A stretch of DNA of 64,000 nt from Carpediemonas membranifera BICM (lineage: Eukaryota > Protista > Fornicata): assembly GCA_019828565.1 (NCBI GenBank), contig JAHDYR010000035.1, forward strand, positions 78,572 through 142,571. The letters run 5' to 3'. Of this stretch, positions 22,203-33,100 are shown in pieces (positions within the stretch are counted from its first letter, which is position 1; each line of letters begins with the position of its first letter). The notes under the pieces were generated by a model. It worked only from the letters and a program-made list of their open reading frames with translations, had not been told where the DNA came from and did not search any database. A program made the translations under genes and the position numbers.

Positions 22203-22961
22203 CCGAGGGTACCACGTCGGGCCCACAGTCGATACACAGGAAAGGCTACTGGATTTGCGAGGCCGCCCCACTCGTGTCTGACTGGCGCCCCCCGACCGCT
22301 GCCAAGCAGATAATCGCCGCCGCCCGGAACGTCGCCTCTGTAGAAGGCCTGACCGGGGGCGCGAAGCCTGTCACGTCCGCGAGAGTCCGCAGGGTCATAG
22401 ACAGACGTCGGAAGTCACCCCAAGCCTTCCAGGCCGCCCTCTTTTTCTGCTCTCTGCTTTATCACCGTGAGTAGAGGCGCAGAGATCTTTGGGCTCAGAC
22501 GAAGAGACGTCGAGTTCGACGCTGATGGCAATGCCCTCCTTCTGTTCGCGAGAACTAAGACTGCCACAGGCGTCCGCAAGCTGGTACCAAACCAATCGTG
22601 GGCCCGCTTTAACCCAGCAAGGGCCCTGAAGGCATGGGTCCCCACGGCAACGCGCCGCGACGACGACCTCATCTGGCGGGCGATCACCTCAACCGGTGGT
22701 ATTTCACTATCGAAGCCGCTACCGGCGTCAACCCTCCGCCACTGGATCCACCAGGCGTACGGCACCGACATTTCGTGGCACTCATTCCGCAAGGGCGCCA
22801 CCACGGAGTTGGCGGTAGCCCACACGAGTACCGAAGTCCTCCTGTCCATGGGGACGTGGGCCTCCACGAAAAGCATGCTGAGATATATGGGCAACGGGGT
22901 CCGCACACACCCGGGGGTCCAGGGACACCTGGCCTCCATCCTTCTCCAACCACCACTTTAA
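21656..22961 (+). CDS. YR element 1 tyrosine recombinase (frameshift in a T-run near 22445)
   Basis: SRGAEI, TKT, HSFRKGA, GTW and RY give the R-K-HxxR-W-Y catalytic set. Confidence 0.9.
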
Positions 22962-23138
22962 ATCTCTGACGGGAGCTAGTGGCTGGGAGAGCTAGGTAGG
23001 GTGGGGCTGACACGCGTTACAACGGCAGATGTAAGCCACAACAGACATTCTTTGACGCGGTCTCTCGAGGAGACGGTCGGTTTGGGCTCGCAAGCGTGCC
23101 TGCAAGCCATTCCACAATGCTCGTTGCCGGTGGGATAT

Positions 23139-23342
23139 CCCCGTTGGGTAGAGCAAGTATGTCTAGAGGCTAGGACAGCTAGCTGGCGTTACATCGCGCT
23201 GACAGGTTACCTCGGGTAACGGGCCGTGAGCGGAGGGCAATGAGATCGCCTCGCTCCGGCATGGTGATGCGCCGACCAGGCGAGCCGCGCAGTTTATGCG
23301 GGCAGAATGGTAGAAAATTCGGAACATCCAGATCCGACGGCA
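23139..23342 (+). repeat. Internal B1 (23139-23187) / A2 (23183-23342) junction sharing a CTGGC core
   Basis: B1 equals 23440-23488; A2 equals 19502-19661. Confidence 0.93.
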
Positions 23343-23439
23343 CGATACTGGTCAAGACCGGTATATCCGCCCAGTAGGTAAGCTGGCCGGAGTCCCCTGA
23401 TCGTTTACACTAGCTCTCTTCTTTAATAAACGATCGCCC

Positions 23440-23488
23440 CCCCGTTGGGTAGAGCAAGTATGTCTAGAGGCTAGGACAGCTAGCTGGC
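23440..23488 (+). repeat. Split direct repeat B2 (right end of YR element 1)
   Basis: Identical to 23139-23187. Confidence 0.93.
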
Positions 23489-23526
23489 TTCTCTGGCGTG
23501 CATTTTTGGCACTCGGAAACAAAATC

Positions 23527-23597
23527 TGCATCAGCCGGGATTCGAACCCGGGTCCACACGATGGCAACGTGCGATGATACCCCTACACCACTGATGC
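23527..23597 (-). tRNA. tRNA-Gly (GCC)
   Basis: Reverse complement GCATCAGTGGTGTAGGGGTATCATCGCACGTTGCCATCGTGTGGACCCGGGTTCGAATCCCGGCTGATGCA: 7-bp acceptor stem, anticodon loop TTGCCAT, T-loop TTCGAAT, followed by GATTTT. Confidence 0.97.
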
Positions 23598-23638
23598 TTG
23601 AGACGTCAGCTCCGGCGTGAGATAATGGAGCATGGGCG

Positions 23639-24133
23639 ATGGATCTGCCTGATTCGATTTATTCGAGCCGAACGAATCGGGATCGAATCAATTACGGCCA
23701 GATGGCTGAAGAAACCGAGAACAACACCGGGGACCGCACGCCTGAAGCAGAGAAGATCCCAGATCCGCAGAAGCGCATCAACGAACTAACAGGCGAGTTA
23801 TTGACGCTTCGAGATTTAATGTCGCTGGAGTGGCGCCACCCGGACTCACTAGCCATGCGTAACGAGTCCGAATGGCTGCAGATGCTCTACAGGGACATCG
23901 TCCTCCACCCGAGCTGGACAACCGAGACGATCAAGCTTCAGCTAATGCTCCGTCATGAGCTTCTCCTCATTAAGGACATCAATGGCTTTCACTACGCCGA
24001 CGCAGTCAAGGACTACGTCAGAGCCCGACGTTCCAGGATCCGTGATTCCGAGAGCCTCACCGTCCTCATCGCAGAGGCCCGCTCCAGTGCCAGAGTCGCC
24101 CCCAAGAGCGATAAGCGCCCCAGAAAAAACTAA
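23639..24133 (+). CDS. YR element 2 gag-like ORF
   Basis: SLAMRNESEWLQMLYR...LMLRHELLLIKDINGF aligns with SSSMREEADWIERIYR...LYARHRSLDIKDRYGY (ORF 27226-27807). Confidence 0.75.
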   Translation: MDLPDSIYSSRTNRDRINYGQMAEETENNTGDRTPEAEKIPDPQKRINELTGELLTLRDLMSLEWRHPDSLAMRNESEWLQMLYRDIVLHPSWTTETIKLQLMLRHELLLIKDINGFHYADAVKDYVRARRSRIRDSESLTVLIAEARSSARVAPKSDKRPRKN

Positions 24134-26095
24134 TTGTGCAAGACCATCAATCAACCGAACCACCACTCCCCACAACCCGTCGAGCGGGTTCTCTCCGCCA
24201 CTCAGTGGCCGCGTGGCGGCGCTTGGGAGCGCCATCCGACGTGGTCTCTTGGGTTGGCGACGGCATACCATCGAACTGACACAACAACCGAGCAATCCTC
24301 GAATATTCCATCTCCCAGAGAAGGACTTAGCCAAGCTCGATCCGCTGGTGCGCGAAATGCTCTCATCGGGTGCCATACACCGCGTCTCATCACCACCGAA
24401 GCTCACATGTCCTCTCTTTCCAGTCCCGAAGGGTACAGACAAATGGAGAGCAGTCCACAACCTCATACCGCTCAACAAGGTCTCCAAAGAGCGCCGTACG
24501 TTCCGCTTGTTCGGTGCCAAGAGAGCAGTTTTAAGCCTTGCGCCAGGAGACATGATGATGTCGCTAGATCTCCATGCAGGCTACCACCACGTGTCCATTC
24601 ACCCATCATCGCAGTCCCTCCTAGGCTTTATTCACCGCGGCGTCCACTATCAGTTCACAGTCCTCCCATTCGGATGGTCCGCGGCGCCATTCTACTTCCA
24701 GAAGATCATGATTACCGTAGCGAAGATTATCAAGCGCCATTGCCGCGGTGTAGGAGTTGCCGTCTATCTGGACGACCTTCTATTCTTCGGGAAGAAGAAG
24801 GCCCTTCTGCGCGAGCGCCAGCGCCTCCTGGACATCATGAATCAGCTAGGCTTTATCATCAACCACGACAAGTCAGTCCTAGAGCCCACCACAGTCCTGA
24901 CATACCTCGGCATGCGCATCGACTCAGCTGCTCGGGTCATTTCCCTAGACTCGAAGAAGCGCAGCAGATACCGCCAATTGGTCGAGAGTGCGCTGATTGA
25001 AGGCAATATGAGCAACAAGAGGTGGCAATCCCTCATCGGGAAGCTATCCTTCGCATCTCTGTGCTTCCCCGACGGCCGCGCATGGCTGAGACCTCTTCAG
25101 ACAGCCACCGAGACGGAGAAAGGCTTTACGAAAGCCGTCCTCAAGGCCCTATCGTACTGGAAGCAACTGCTGAGCAGCGAAGATCATCCTCCCCGCTCCT
25201 TCGACTCCCCTGATCAGCATGTGGGGCGCAAGCCCGGCAATCGACATCCACATCCAGTCGGACGCCTCAGAAAAGGGCTTAGCTGCCATTATCAGGGACG
25301 GCTGCAAGCAGACGATCGTATCCTCCTCCGTCTCCCCCAACAGCCCGCTCCAGAACGAGTCCATTGCGGTGAAAGAGTTCTTTGCGGCGACGAACGCCGT
25401 GGAGACGCTCCTTCCACATCTAACGGACAGGGGAGATCACCGTATTCATCGACAACAGCAACGCCTGCGCCTGGCTGAACAAGCAGGGATCAACGCGAGC
25501 CCCGCCGATGATCCAGGACGCTTTTCTCACCCTCTTTTCCCGCTTGGCCGCCTGCCAGATCACACTGAGAGCCCAGCACGTCAGCGGGCACCTCAATGTC
25601 TCCGCAGATGCTCTGTCGAGATACCAGCGACTGGAATGGCGGACACCACGAGGGATCCTCGCTGCCATACTGGAGGAGTGGGGCCCTCTCGAGGTCGACG
25701 TGACTGGTGGGAGGGACAAGGAGTTACTACTTCCCGGCTTCGTCGAGCGTTCGCTCACGCTGGCCGAGAGCGGCATGAGCTCGGAGTGGCGCAGCAAGAG
25801 AGTCTTCGCAGCACCACCATACGCCCTTCTTCCAGCCGTAGCCAACCGACTGGCCCTCATTCGCGCCTCACCAGCCTCACATCCGAGGCATACCAAGTCT
25901 GCAGTGGTCGTGGTGATGCCCGACGTCCAGTCCGAGGCGGTACGCCGCATCAAGGGCCTCTCCCCCTTCAAGAGAACGTTCAGGGTCTACGCGGAGGACA
26001 TGAAGGACTCAGAGCTCCAGAACATCCTCGTGGGGGAAAAGCCGCGGCTCCTCGCCGTCTTCGTGCCGACGACGCCGCTTTCAACGCAGTACTAG
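23955..26095 (+). CDS. YR element 2 pol: RT, RNase H, MT-like (two frameshifts)
   Basis: LDLHAGYHH, LPFGW, VYLDD; QSDAS, VKEF; HVSGHLNVSADALSR; FAAPPY. Confidence 0.9.
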
Positions 26096-26975
26096 GTCTA
26101 GACGAGCTCAAAGGCTACGTGGCAACGACCAGGCGTGACACGGCGGGTGTCGTCTCCCAGTTCCTGACCTTCCGAGAGGCCAACCCGGCATCGGACCGCG
26201 ACACATTCCTGGCGTGGCTCGCTCGCGAGGCTGAGCTAGTAGGCCCAGACCGTCTGGCGCACCGGGGCTCGCTGGTGGTAAGGTTTGCACCCCTGGTATC
26301 AACGTGGGCACCCCCAGCTGCTCAAAAGGCATTCATCACCGAAGCGAAGCGCGCTACAGTCCCCAGGCCGCAACGCAAGGTCCCAGTGCGGGCTGCACGC
26401 ATCCACCGCCTGATCCCCAAACTCGCCGGCCGCGACGAGGAGTTCCACCAAGCCTTCTTATTCGGCGTCGTTGCCTACGCAACAATGTCGAGGCGCAGTG
26501 AGATCCTACCCCTCACTCCTCGGGATATCAGGGTGAAAGCAGGACTCGGCGTCTCTATCACCATCGACTCCACCAAGACAGGGCTTCGCGCAGTTAAGAA
26601 GTTCATCCCGTGGGTCGAAGGCGCGCTCAATCCGGCAGGGATGCTCATGGCTCACCTGCAGCGCTGGTGCCAGGACAGAGACGCCACCATCTGAAGTCCC
26701 CCAACCTCGATGGGTCGAGGCTGGACCGAGGGCCGTTGCCCCCCGCTATGCTCCAAGACAAGCTGAAGCAGGTCTTTGGAGACCCAGTTGGATCCCATAG
26801 CTTCCGTCGCGGGGCCGCAGCGGACGCTGTACTTCGCGGAATGCCCACTCCAGTGGTCATGGCCCTCTGTACTTGGAAGTCCGAGAGTTCCCTCCAGAGC
26901 TACATCGCCGAAGCGGTGCGGCTCGACCAGGAGACAGCTGTGACGAGGTGCGAATGGTTCGCGCACCTCGAATAG
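26050..26975 (+). CDS. YR element 2 tyrosine recombinase (frameshift near 26692)
   Basis: SRRSEI, TKT, HSFRRGAA, CTW, SY. Confidence 0.9.
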
Positions 26976-27225
26976 CAGTCGTCTCCTTCCTTTACTCGTA
27001 CGGGTACGAGTGGTCCATAAAGATTGAATGGTCACCATCGGGATGGTGTAGGCGTGCGGGCGGGAAGCCCCAGGAGAATTCATAAGTGAATGTGAGTGTC
27101 TGCCTAGTCAGACACCGACACCAACGGCGACGTGACAATTCCGCGACGGGGCGGAGACACGCCAAGTGCGGCGTCCTGGGCAAGCCTCCGAGATCCGGGA
27201 GATCCGAGGTGAATCTTTATGAGAT

Positions 27226-27807
27226 TTGATGGGCGATTTGATTGATGATTCGTTTGGCGGGAGGAGATCGAATCAGGCAGAAGGAGAGATGGAAGGAGAA
27301 GCAGAAGAAGTCAGAGCCCCTGACGAGCAGGGGAACGTCCAACCAGTCGAAGAAGATGAGCTTAAGGTCCTACGCAAGGAACTACTCCTCATGAACGCTC
27401 GTGTGCAGGAGCTGCAGAGGAACGCCCGCAACGAGGGCTGGTCCAAGCCTCAGTCCTCCTCAATGCGCGAGGAAGCTGATTGGATCGAGCGCATATACCG
27501 TATGATGCGCTACGAGGAGCCGATCGACATCGACGTCATCTTGCTCGAGCTCTACGCACGCCACCGATCTCTCGACATCAAGGACCGTTACGGCTACCAG
27601 GCAGCCGCAGCTGTGAGCATCGCTTCAAAGGCTTTCATCGCCACCCCGCCGAGAGACGCCCAACACGCCGATGTTGCCACACGCCAACTGGAGCTCGAGC
27701 AGCGCATTCTTCACACGCTGGCAAAATTTCCCCGTCTGGCCCAGGCTCAGCAAGAGCGCTCCGCCTTCAAGGCGGGCAAGCCCGGACCGAAAAGAAGCCG
27801 CCAGTAA
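27226..27807 (+). CDS. YR element 3 gag-like ORF
   Basis: Coiled-coil N-terminus; homologous to ORF 23639-24133. Confidence 0.75.
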   Translation: MMGDLIDDSFGGRRSNQAEGEMEGEAEEVRAPDEQGNVQPVEEDELKVLRKELLLMNARVQELQRNARNEGWSKPQSSSMREEADWIERIYRMMRYEEPIDIDVILLELYARHRSLDIKDRYGYQAAAAVSIASKAFIATPPRDAQHADVATRQLELEQRILHTLAKFPRLAQAQQERSAFKAGKPGPKRSRQ

Positions 27808-29765
27808 CAAGCCATCTTCAAGATCTCTCTCACCACCTCTCACACTCGCACATCCCTCCTCAACGTCTCTCTCCTCCTCCGAGACTCCTCACATTTCCCA
27901 CGATAGCCCGTCATCAGCTCTGGTCCGCCTCGGGAGCGCCCTCAGACGTGGTCTCGTGGATCGAGGCAGGCGTCCCGATCGAGATCACCGGGTCGCCACG
28001 TCAGCCCAAGCCCCGACCCCTATCGCCCGCGGCCTCCGAGTGCCTCCGACCACTCATGCAGGAGCTCGTCAAGTCCCAAGTCGTGCGCATCTGCAGTCGC
28101 AGGCCTCGTCTAGTCTCCCCCATATTCACTACTCCAAAGTCCGACGGCTCCCCACGACTGATACACGATCTCAGAACGTTGAACGACGTCACGAAGGAGC
28201 GGAGGGTGTTCCGCCTTTTTGGCCTCAAGCGCCTCTTGGAGATCGCAGCCCCGGACGACAGCGCAGTGAAGCTAGACCTACGCTCAGGCTACTACCAACT
28301 CGGCGTGAAGCCATCGGACAGAACGCTTCTCGGCTTTGCCTACGCCGGCCAGTTCTACCAGTTCCAGGTGCTTCCATTCGGCTGGACAGCAGCGCCTTAT
28401 GTGTTTCAGCGCGTCATGATATCCGCCGCGTCCATCATATCCCACCGCTTCGGGGTGAAGGTAGCTGTATATCTGGACGACTGGGCCGTCCTAGCACCGC
28501 AGAGCCACCTCAAGCGTGTAGTCCCCGGTATCGTCAAGTGCATGCAGCAGCTAGGCCTCATCCTCAACCTGGCCAAGTCAATGCTGACTCCTGGCAGGGT
28601 GATAGAGTACCTAGGCTTCAGGGTCGACCTGTCCGCGAGACGCATCACTATCACGCAGGCGAAAGCCACCAAGTACGCGGCGAAACTGGACGAAGCTCTA
28701 CTCGTGCCACCATCAGGGCTGGAGTGGCAGTCCCTCCTAGGCAAGCTCTCGTTCGCGTCTATCGCATGGCAGGACGGCAGGGCATGGCTTCGACCCCTTC
28801 AGGTCTCCGCAGCCCCCAACACTCCCCAAGCAGAACGAGCTCTGCAAGAGTGGGCCAGACGAATGAGGAACGTGCCTCATCGGTCGTTCGACAGCCTTAT
28901 GACCCTGTGGGGCATGCATCCGGCGACAGATGTCACCGTTATATCAGACGCGTCGGACGAGGGGATGGGAGCTGTCATCCGGCAGCCGGGTGCCCCCGAT
29001 ATACAGCTGTCCCTTCCCGTGCCACCCTCACTGGCACACTTGCATATCACCGCCAAGGAGTTCCTGGCCTCGGTGACCGCTGTGCGCCGTCTGCTCGAGT
29101 CCTCGGGCTTAGACCTGCAGGGCAGGGAGATAACGGTGTTCTCCGACTCGACGGCGGCAGTTGGTTGGCTCAACAAGCAGGCCTCCACTCGCGCGCCACC
29201 AGAGGTGGTCTCCGAGTCGCTGTCCTTCTTCACGCTCCTATCGGAGAGAGGCGTCAGCTTGAGGGCTCGACACACCGCAGGCCACCTGAATATAGCCGCC
29301 GACTCGCTGTCAAGGTTCACCAAGACGGACTGGCAAACCCCGGCGGGCGTGCTCCGCCGCATGTTAGACTCGTGGGGGCCGGCCGAGGTCGACTTGACTG
29401 GTCACCCCACGAAGGAGCTGCTCCTCCCGTCGTACACCAGCCGCTCCGTGCCGTTCTCCGGAGACGGTCTGAACCAGAACTGGTGCGGTCGGAGAGTCTT
29501 CCTTGCGCCCCCCTGGGCCATGGTCCCAAAGGTGCTAGCCAAGCTCTACCGTATCATAGAGCCTCTAGGAGACCGAGACCCTCGACAACTACGCTCCGTA
29601 ACGTTTCTGGTCTTGCCGGACATCAGGTCCGCTCCTATAAAAAGGCTGGCGCCCGAGAAGATGTACTTCTCAATCCCAGCACAGCCAGGGTCAGAGCTGC
29701 CAGGCGCCAATGGAAAGCACAGACTAGTCGCCCTGTGCCTTCCGACGCGTTTGTCACAGGCCTAA
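27480..29765 (+). CDS. YR element 3 pol: RT, RNase H, MT-like (uninterrupted)
   Basis: RLIHDLRTLN, LDLRSGYYQ, LPFGW, VYLDD, ISDAS, AKEF, HTAGHLNIAADSLSR, FLAPPW. Confidence 0.93.
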   Translation: MDRAHIPYDALRGADRHRRHLARALRTPPISRHQGPLRLPGSRSCEHRFKGFHRHPAERRPTRRCCHTPTGARAAHSSHAGKISPSGPGSARALRLQGGQARTEKKPPVTSHLQDLSHHLSHSHIPPQRLSPPPRLLTFPTIARHQLWSASGAPSDVVSWIEAGVPIEITGSPRQPKPRPLSPAASECLRPLMQELVKSQVVRICSRRPRLVSPIFTTPKSDGSPRLIHDLRTLNDVTKERRVFRLFGLKRLLEIAAPDDSAVKLDLRSGYYQLGVKPSDRTLLGFAYAGQFYQFQVLPFGWTAAPYVFQRVMISAASIISHRFGVKVAVYLDDWAVLAPQSHLKRVVPGIVKCMQQLGLILNLAKSMLTPGRVIEYLGFRVDLSARRITITQAKATKYAAKLDEALLVPPSGLEWQSLLGKLSFASIAWQDGRAWLRPLQVSAAPNTPQAERALQEWARRMRNVPHRSFDSLMTLWGMHPATDVTVISDASDEGMGAVIRQPGAPDIQLSLPVPPSLAHLHITAKEFLASVTAVRRLLESSGLDLQGREITVFSDSTAAVGWLNKQASTRAPPEVVSESLSFFTLLSERGVSLRARHTAGHLNIAADSLSRFTKTDWQTPAGVLRRMLDSWGPAEVDLTGHPTKELLLPSYTSRSVPFSGDGLNQNWCGRRVFLAPPWAMVPKVLAKLYRIIEPLGDRDPRQLRSVTFLVLPDIRSAPIKRLAPEKMYFSIPAQPGSELPGANGKHRLVALCLPTRLSQA

Positions 29766-29978
29766 GCGAGCATGCGATGTTCGGTGGCCTCGCCCGGGCC
29801 ACACGGCAAGACTACGCGAGGACCCTTGCGGGCTTCCTGGCCTACGCGTCCACACTCCCCCCGGTCGAGGCAGCCAAGCGCTGGGCTGACGAACAGGCCC
29901 AAACCGCTGGAAAGGACCGCATCATGGCCAAGGCCGGGGTGATAGTCAGGTTTGCCCACCGCGTGCTTCCAGACACCT

Positions 29979-30060
29979 TGTCGGTTGAAATCATTTACAG
30001 TAAACCGCAGCGGGGTAAAAGTGGTCAAAACTGGACGGAGCAGTTTATAGACCGGTGACA
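29979..30060 (-). repeat. 3' LTR (82 bp)
   Basis: Identical to 34256-34337. Confidence 0.97.
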
Positions 30061-30118
30061 CTACCTCCCTTTTTGATGAGAAAACCCCCAACCTGCAAGG
30101 AACGGGGGAAAAAGATGG

Positions 30119-33100
30119 TTAGTAGAGTTTCAGGTTCTTCCTCGCCTTACGGGCCAACCTCTTCATCTCCTCGAGGTGTTTCACTCCCGAGAGTGGTTCT
30201 TCCGTTATGTTTTCGAATCCTACCCACTTGATGGCGGCTGTCCCTTCTTTCCAGTCTACCGATACTACTCGCTCTACCTCCCATTTTTTCTGGTCGAAGC
30301 TTGCAAGTTGAATCATCATCGTGTCCGTTACGGCATCCGTGTCGAACATCATGAGTTTTTCAATGTGGGTTGATCTGGTCGATCCGTCGAGTATCGACTG
30401 CAGGACTATTCTGTTATTATCAAGTACATCGAGTACCTTCCATGGGCCCCTGTTGCGCGCGTCTAGCTTCTGAGGGGCCTCATCTTTCCAGAGGACGTAG
30501 TCACCCGGCTTCAGTTCGGTGTTGACTATTGTCTTTTGGCCCGGGCCCACACTCTCTCTGGCAGTGGTCTCCCAGGGCGTTAAGGGCCAGCTCCAGGTCC
30601 TTTTTGAACTCTGGGAAATCTCTGATCGGAGAGTTGTTGTCGTTCGTCCACCAGCTTGTAAACATGTTGTGCTCATGGCCAAATATCAGCTCGTGCGGGG
30701 AGAACTTCGTGGCCGTATGTGTCGTGCCGTTGATAATCATCTGGACCGTCGGTAGGAGTCCGCACCACTGGTCTTTGTAGGCTATTGCCAGGACAAGCCA
30801 CCGTAGGTGTCTTCCAATCTCCGCATTCCTTCTCTCCACGAGACCATTGCTCTGTGGATGAAACGGGATGGTGAAGTGGTGTGCGACTTTCAATGACGTT
30901 GTGAGTTGTTCAACTATCGAGTTCGCGTACTCCGGGCCGCCGTCGGACAGAATCTCCGCCGGTATCCCGTGTCGCGTGAAAACGTGGTCCCATAGGGCCC
31001 TGGCGGAGGTCTCGGCGTCGATCGATGCGACTGCGACGAGCTCGGTGTATCTTGTAAACATGTCTACAGCCACAATGATGTAGCGAGCGCCCAGCGAATC
31101 CGTTGGGAGAGGGCCAATTGTGTCGACTGCCACTGTCTCCCATGGTCTGGTGCGTCTTGTCTGGCCCTTTTGGGCGATAAAGTAGTCCTTGATGCGAGTC
31201 TTCAGACAAATGGGGCACGTCTTGATGTGCTTTTTGACGTCCAAGAGCATCCCCGGCCAAAAATGCAGACGTGGCGAGTGCTTGGAACGTTGAATTTGCT
31301 CCCGTATGAAATTGGTGAGCGGTCCGAAGGGCCTTGTCGCGTGTCTCTCCCTTGGGGATAATCGGCACTCCGTCCTTGAAGTAGATCGAGTTTTCGATGG
31401 ATACTCCCTCTAGTTTCTCCCAGCCGACTCGAGTTGACTCAGGTGCCATGGCCTGGGCAGCCTGGATCAACTCAAGGGTCAGCCCTGGGCCGGCGTCCTC
31501 CGCCTCTAGCAGGTTCAGCTGCGGCCCGAGGTCCCCCTCGGGGAAGGATACGCGACAGCATGTCTGCCATCTTGTTTGTCTCTCCAGCAATATGCTCGAT
31601 CGTAATGTTGTAGTCCGACAAGACAGACGTCCACCTGAGGAGTTTCTTGGAAAGCTCCTTCCTCTGCATGAGATATACCAGATTCTGGTGGTCGGTGCGG
31701 ATCTGTATGTTGTCCTTGAGGCGGAAAAGTTGAGCCATGTCAGGTCTCGTGAGACAAAAGATGATAGCATGAAGCTCTTGTTCGTAGGTCGGCCACCTAG
31801 TCTGGGTTGGCGTATGACACTTTGCGAAGAGCGAGACGATCTCTCGGTTGCCGGAGTCGTCTTCTTGGAACAGAATGCCCCCTAGTCCGTCGTTCGACGC
31901 GTCCGTCTCGAGGGTCCACTTCTTTGAGAAGTCGGGGAAATGGAGGACTGTGTCTGAGCTGAGTCTCTCCTTGAACGTTGTAAACGCCTCTTCTTGTTTG
32001 GGGTTCCAAGTTATGTTCTTTGAGTTCTCCTGTGCCGTTAGCATCTCGTTGAGAGGTTTGAGGATTCGTGATGAGTCCGGGACGAACTGGGCGACATAGT
32101 TGAATGATCCCAGTGTCCTCTGAAGCTCCTTTGCGGTGGACGGGAGCGGTATGGCGTTTACCGCCTCTACCTTCTCTGGGGCAAGTTGTTTCCCCTTCTC
32201 CGAGACAATATACCCGACGGCCTCGACGTGGGCTGAGCCTATCGTGCACTTCGGGCCTTTAAGGCGCAGTGAATAATGTCTACAGATCCTGAAGACGGTT
32301 TTGATCAGGGTGAGAAACTGGGCCTCGGTCTTGGCGTAAATCAAGATGTCGTCAAGATAGATGTCCACCCCTTTGTGGAGGACCTCGGCGAACGCCTTCT
32401 GCATGGCGCGTTGGAATCTCGCCGGGGCGTTCATCAGGCCGAATGGACATCTGGTGAACTCGCAGTATGCGTCTGGAGTGACAAAAGCGGTTTTGGGGAT
32501 ATCTTCCTCGTGCATCCGCATCTGGTAGTAGCCTTGTCTGAGGTCTAGGCCTGCAAAGTATTTGCAGCCTGATGCTCGGTCTACAAACTCGCGCGTGTTA
32601 GGCAGGGGGAAGTTATCCCTCACTGTCTTGGAGTTTAACTCCTTGTAGTCAATGCAAAGACGGATCTTGGTCGATCCTTTGTGGCCCTGCCTGACTACTA
32701 CGATCGGCGAGCTGTACGGCCCAGTCGAGTCCTGGATTATCCCGTCTCGCCTGAGTTGTTCTAGCTCTGTCGACACCAGGCCTTGGGTCACTGGGTCGAG
32801 TCTGCGAGCGCGGCATTGTACCATTGCCCGCTCGTCTATCAGTTCAATCGACATGGGTTCCAGTCGAGACCCTTCCTTGGGTAGTTCTTCCTCGAAGATA
32901 TCGTCAAATGAGTTGATTATCTCGAGAATCTCGGGTCGGATCTTCGACTCCGGGACGTGGACACCACAGTAGTCGTCGGTTATCGCCATGTTTGCGTCCT
33001 CCGTGAGATATTCATGGTAGAACGGCAGCCAGTCCTCGTCCTCCTCAATTGAGGAGAGCTTGTGCAGGTTAAGGTTGAGTGTGCCATCGCCAATGAGTGC

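Larger units (their letters stand above)
19502..23488 (+). mobile_element. YR element 1: complete DIRS-order retrotransposon with split direct repeats A1-ORFs-B1A2-B2
   Basis: gag-like ORF, RT (YLDD), RNase H (SDAS, KEL, DN, AD.LSR), MT-like domain and YR. A (160 bp) and B (49 bp) repeats are exact. Confidence 0.93.
23600..27100 (+). mobile_element. YR element 2 (second DIRS family); ends approximate
   Basis: gag-like 23639-24133; pol 23955-26095 with shifts near 25210 and 25430; YR about 26050-26975. No terminal repeats confirmed. Confidence 0.9.
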
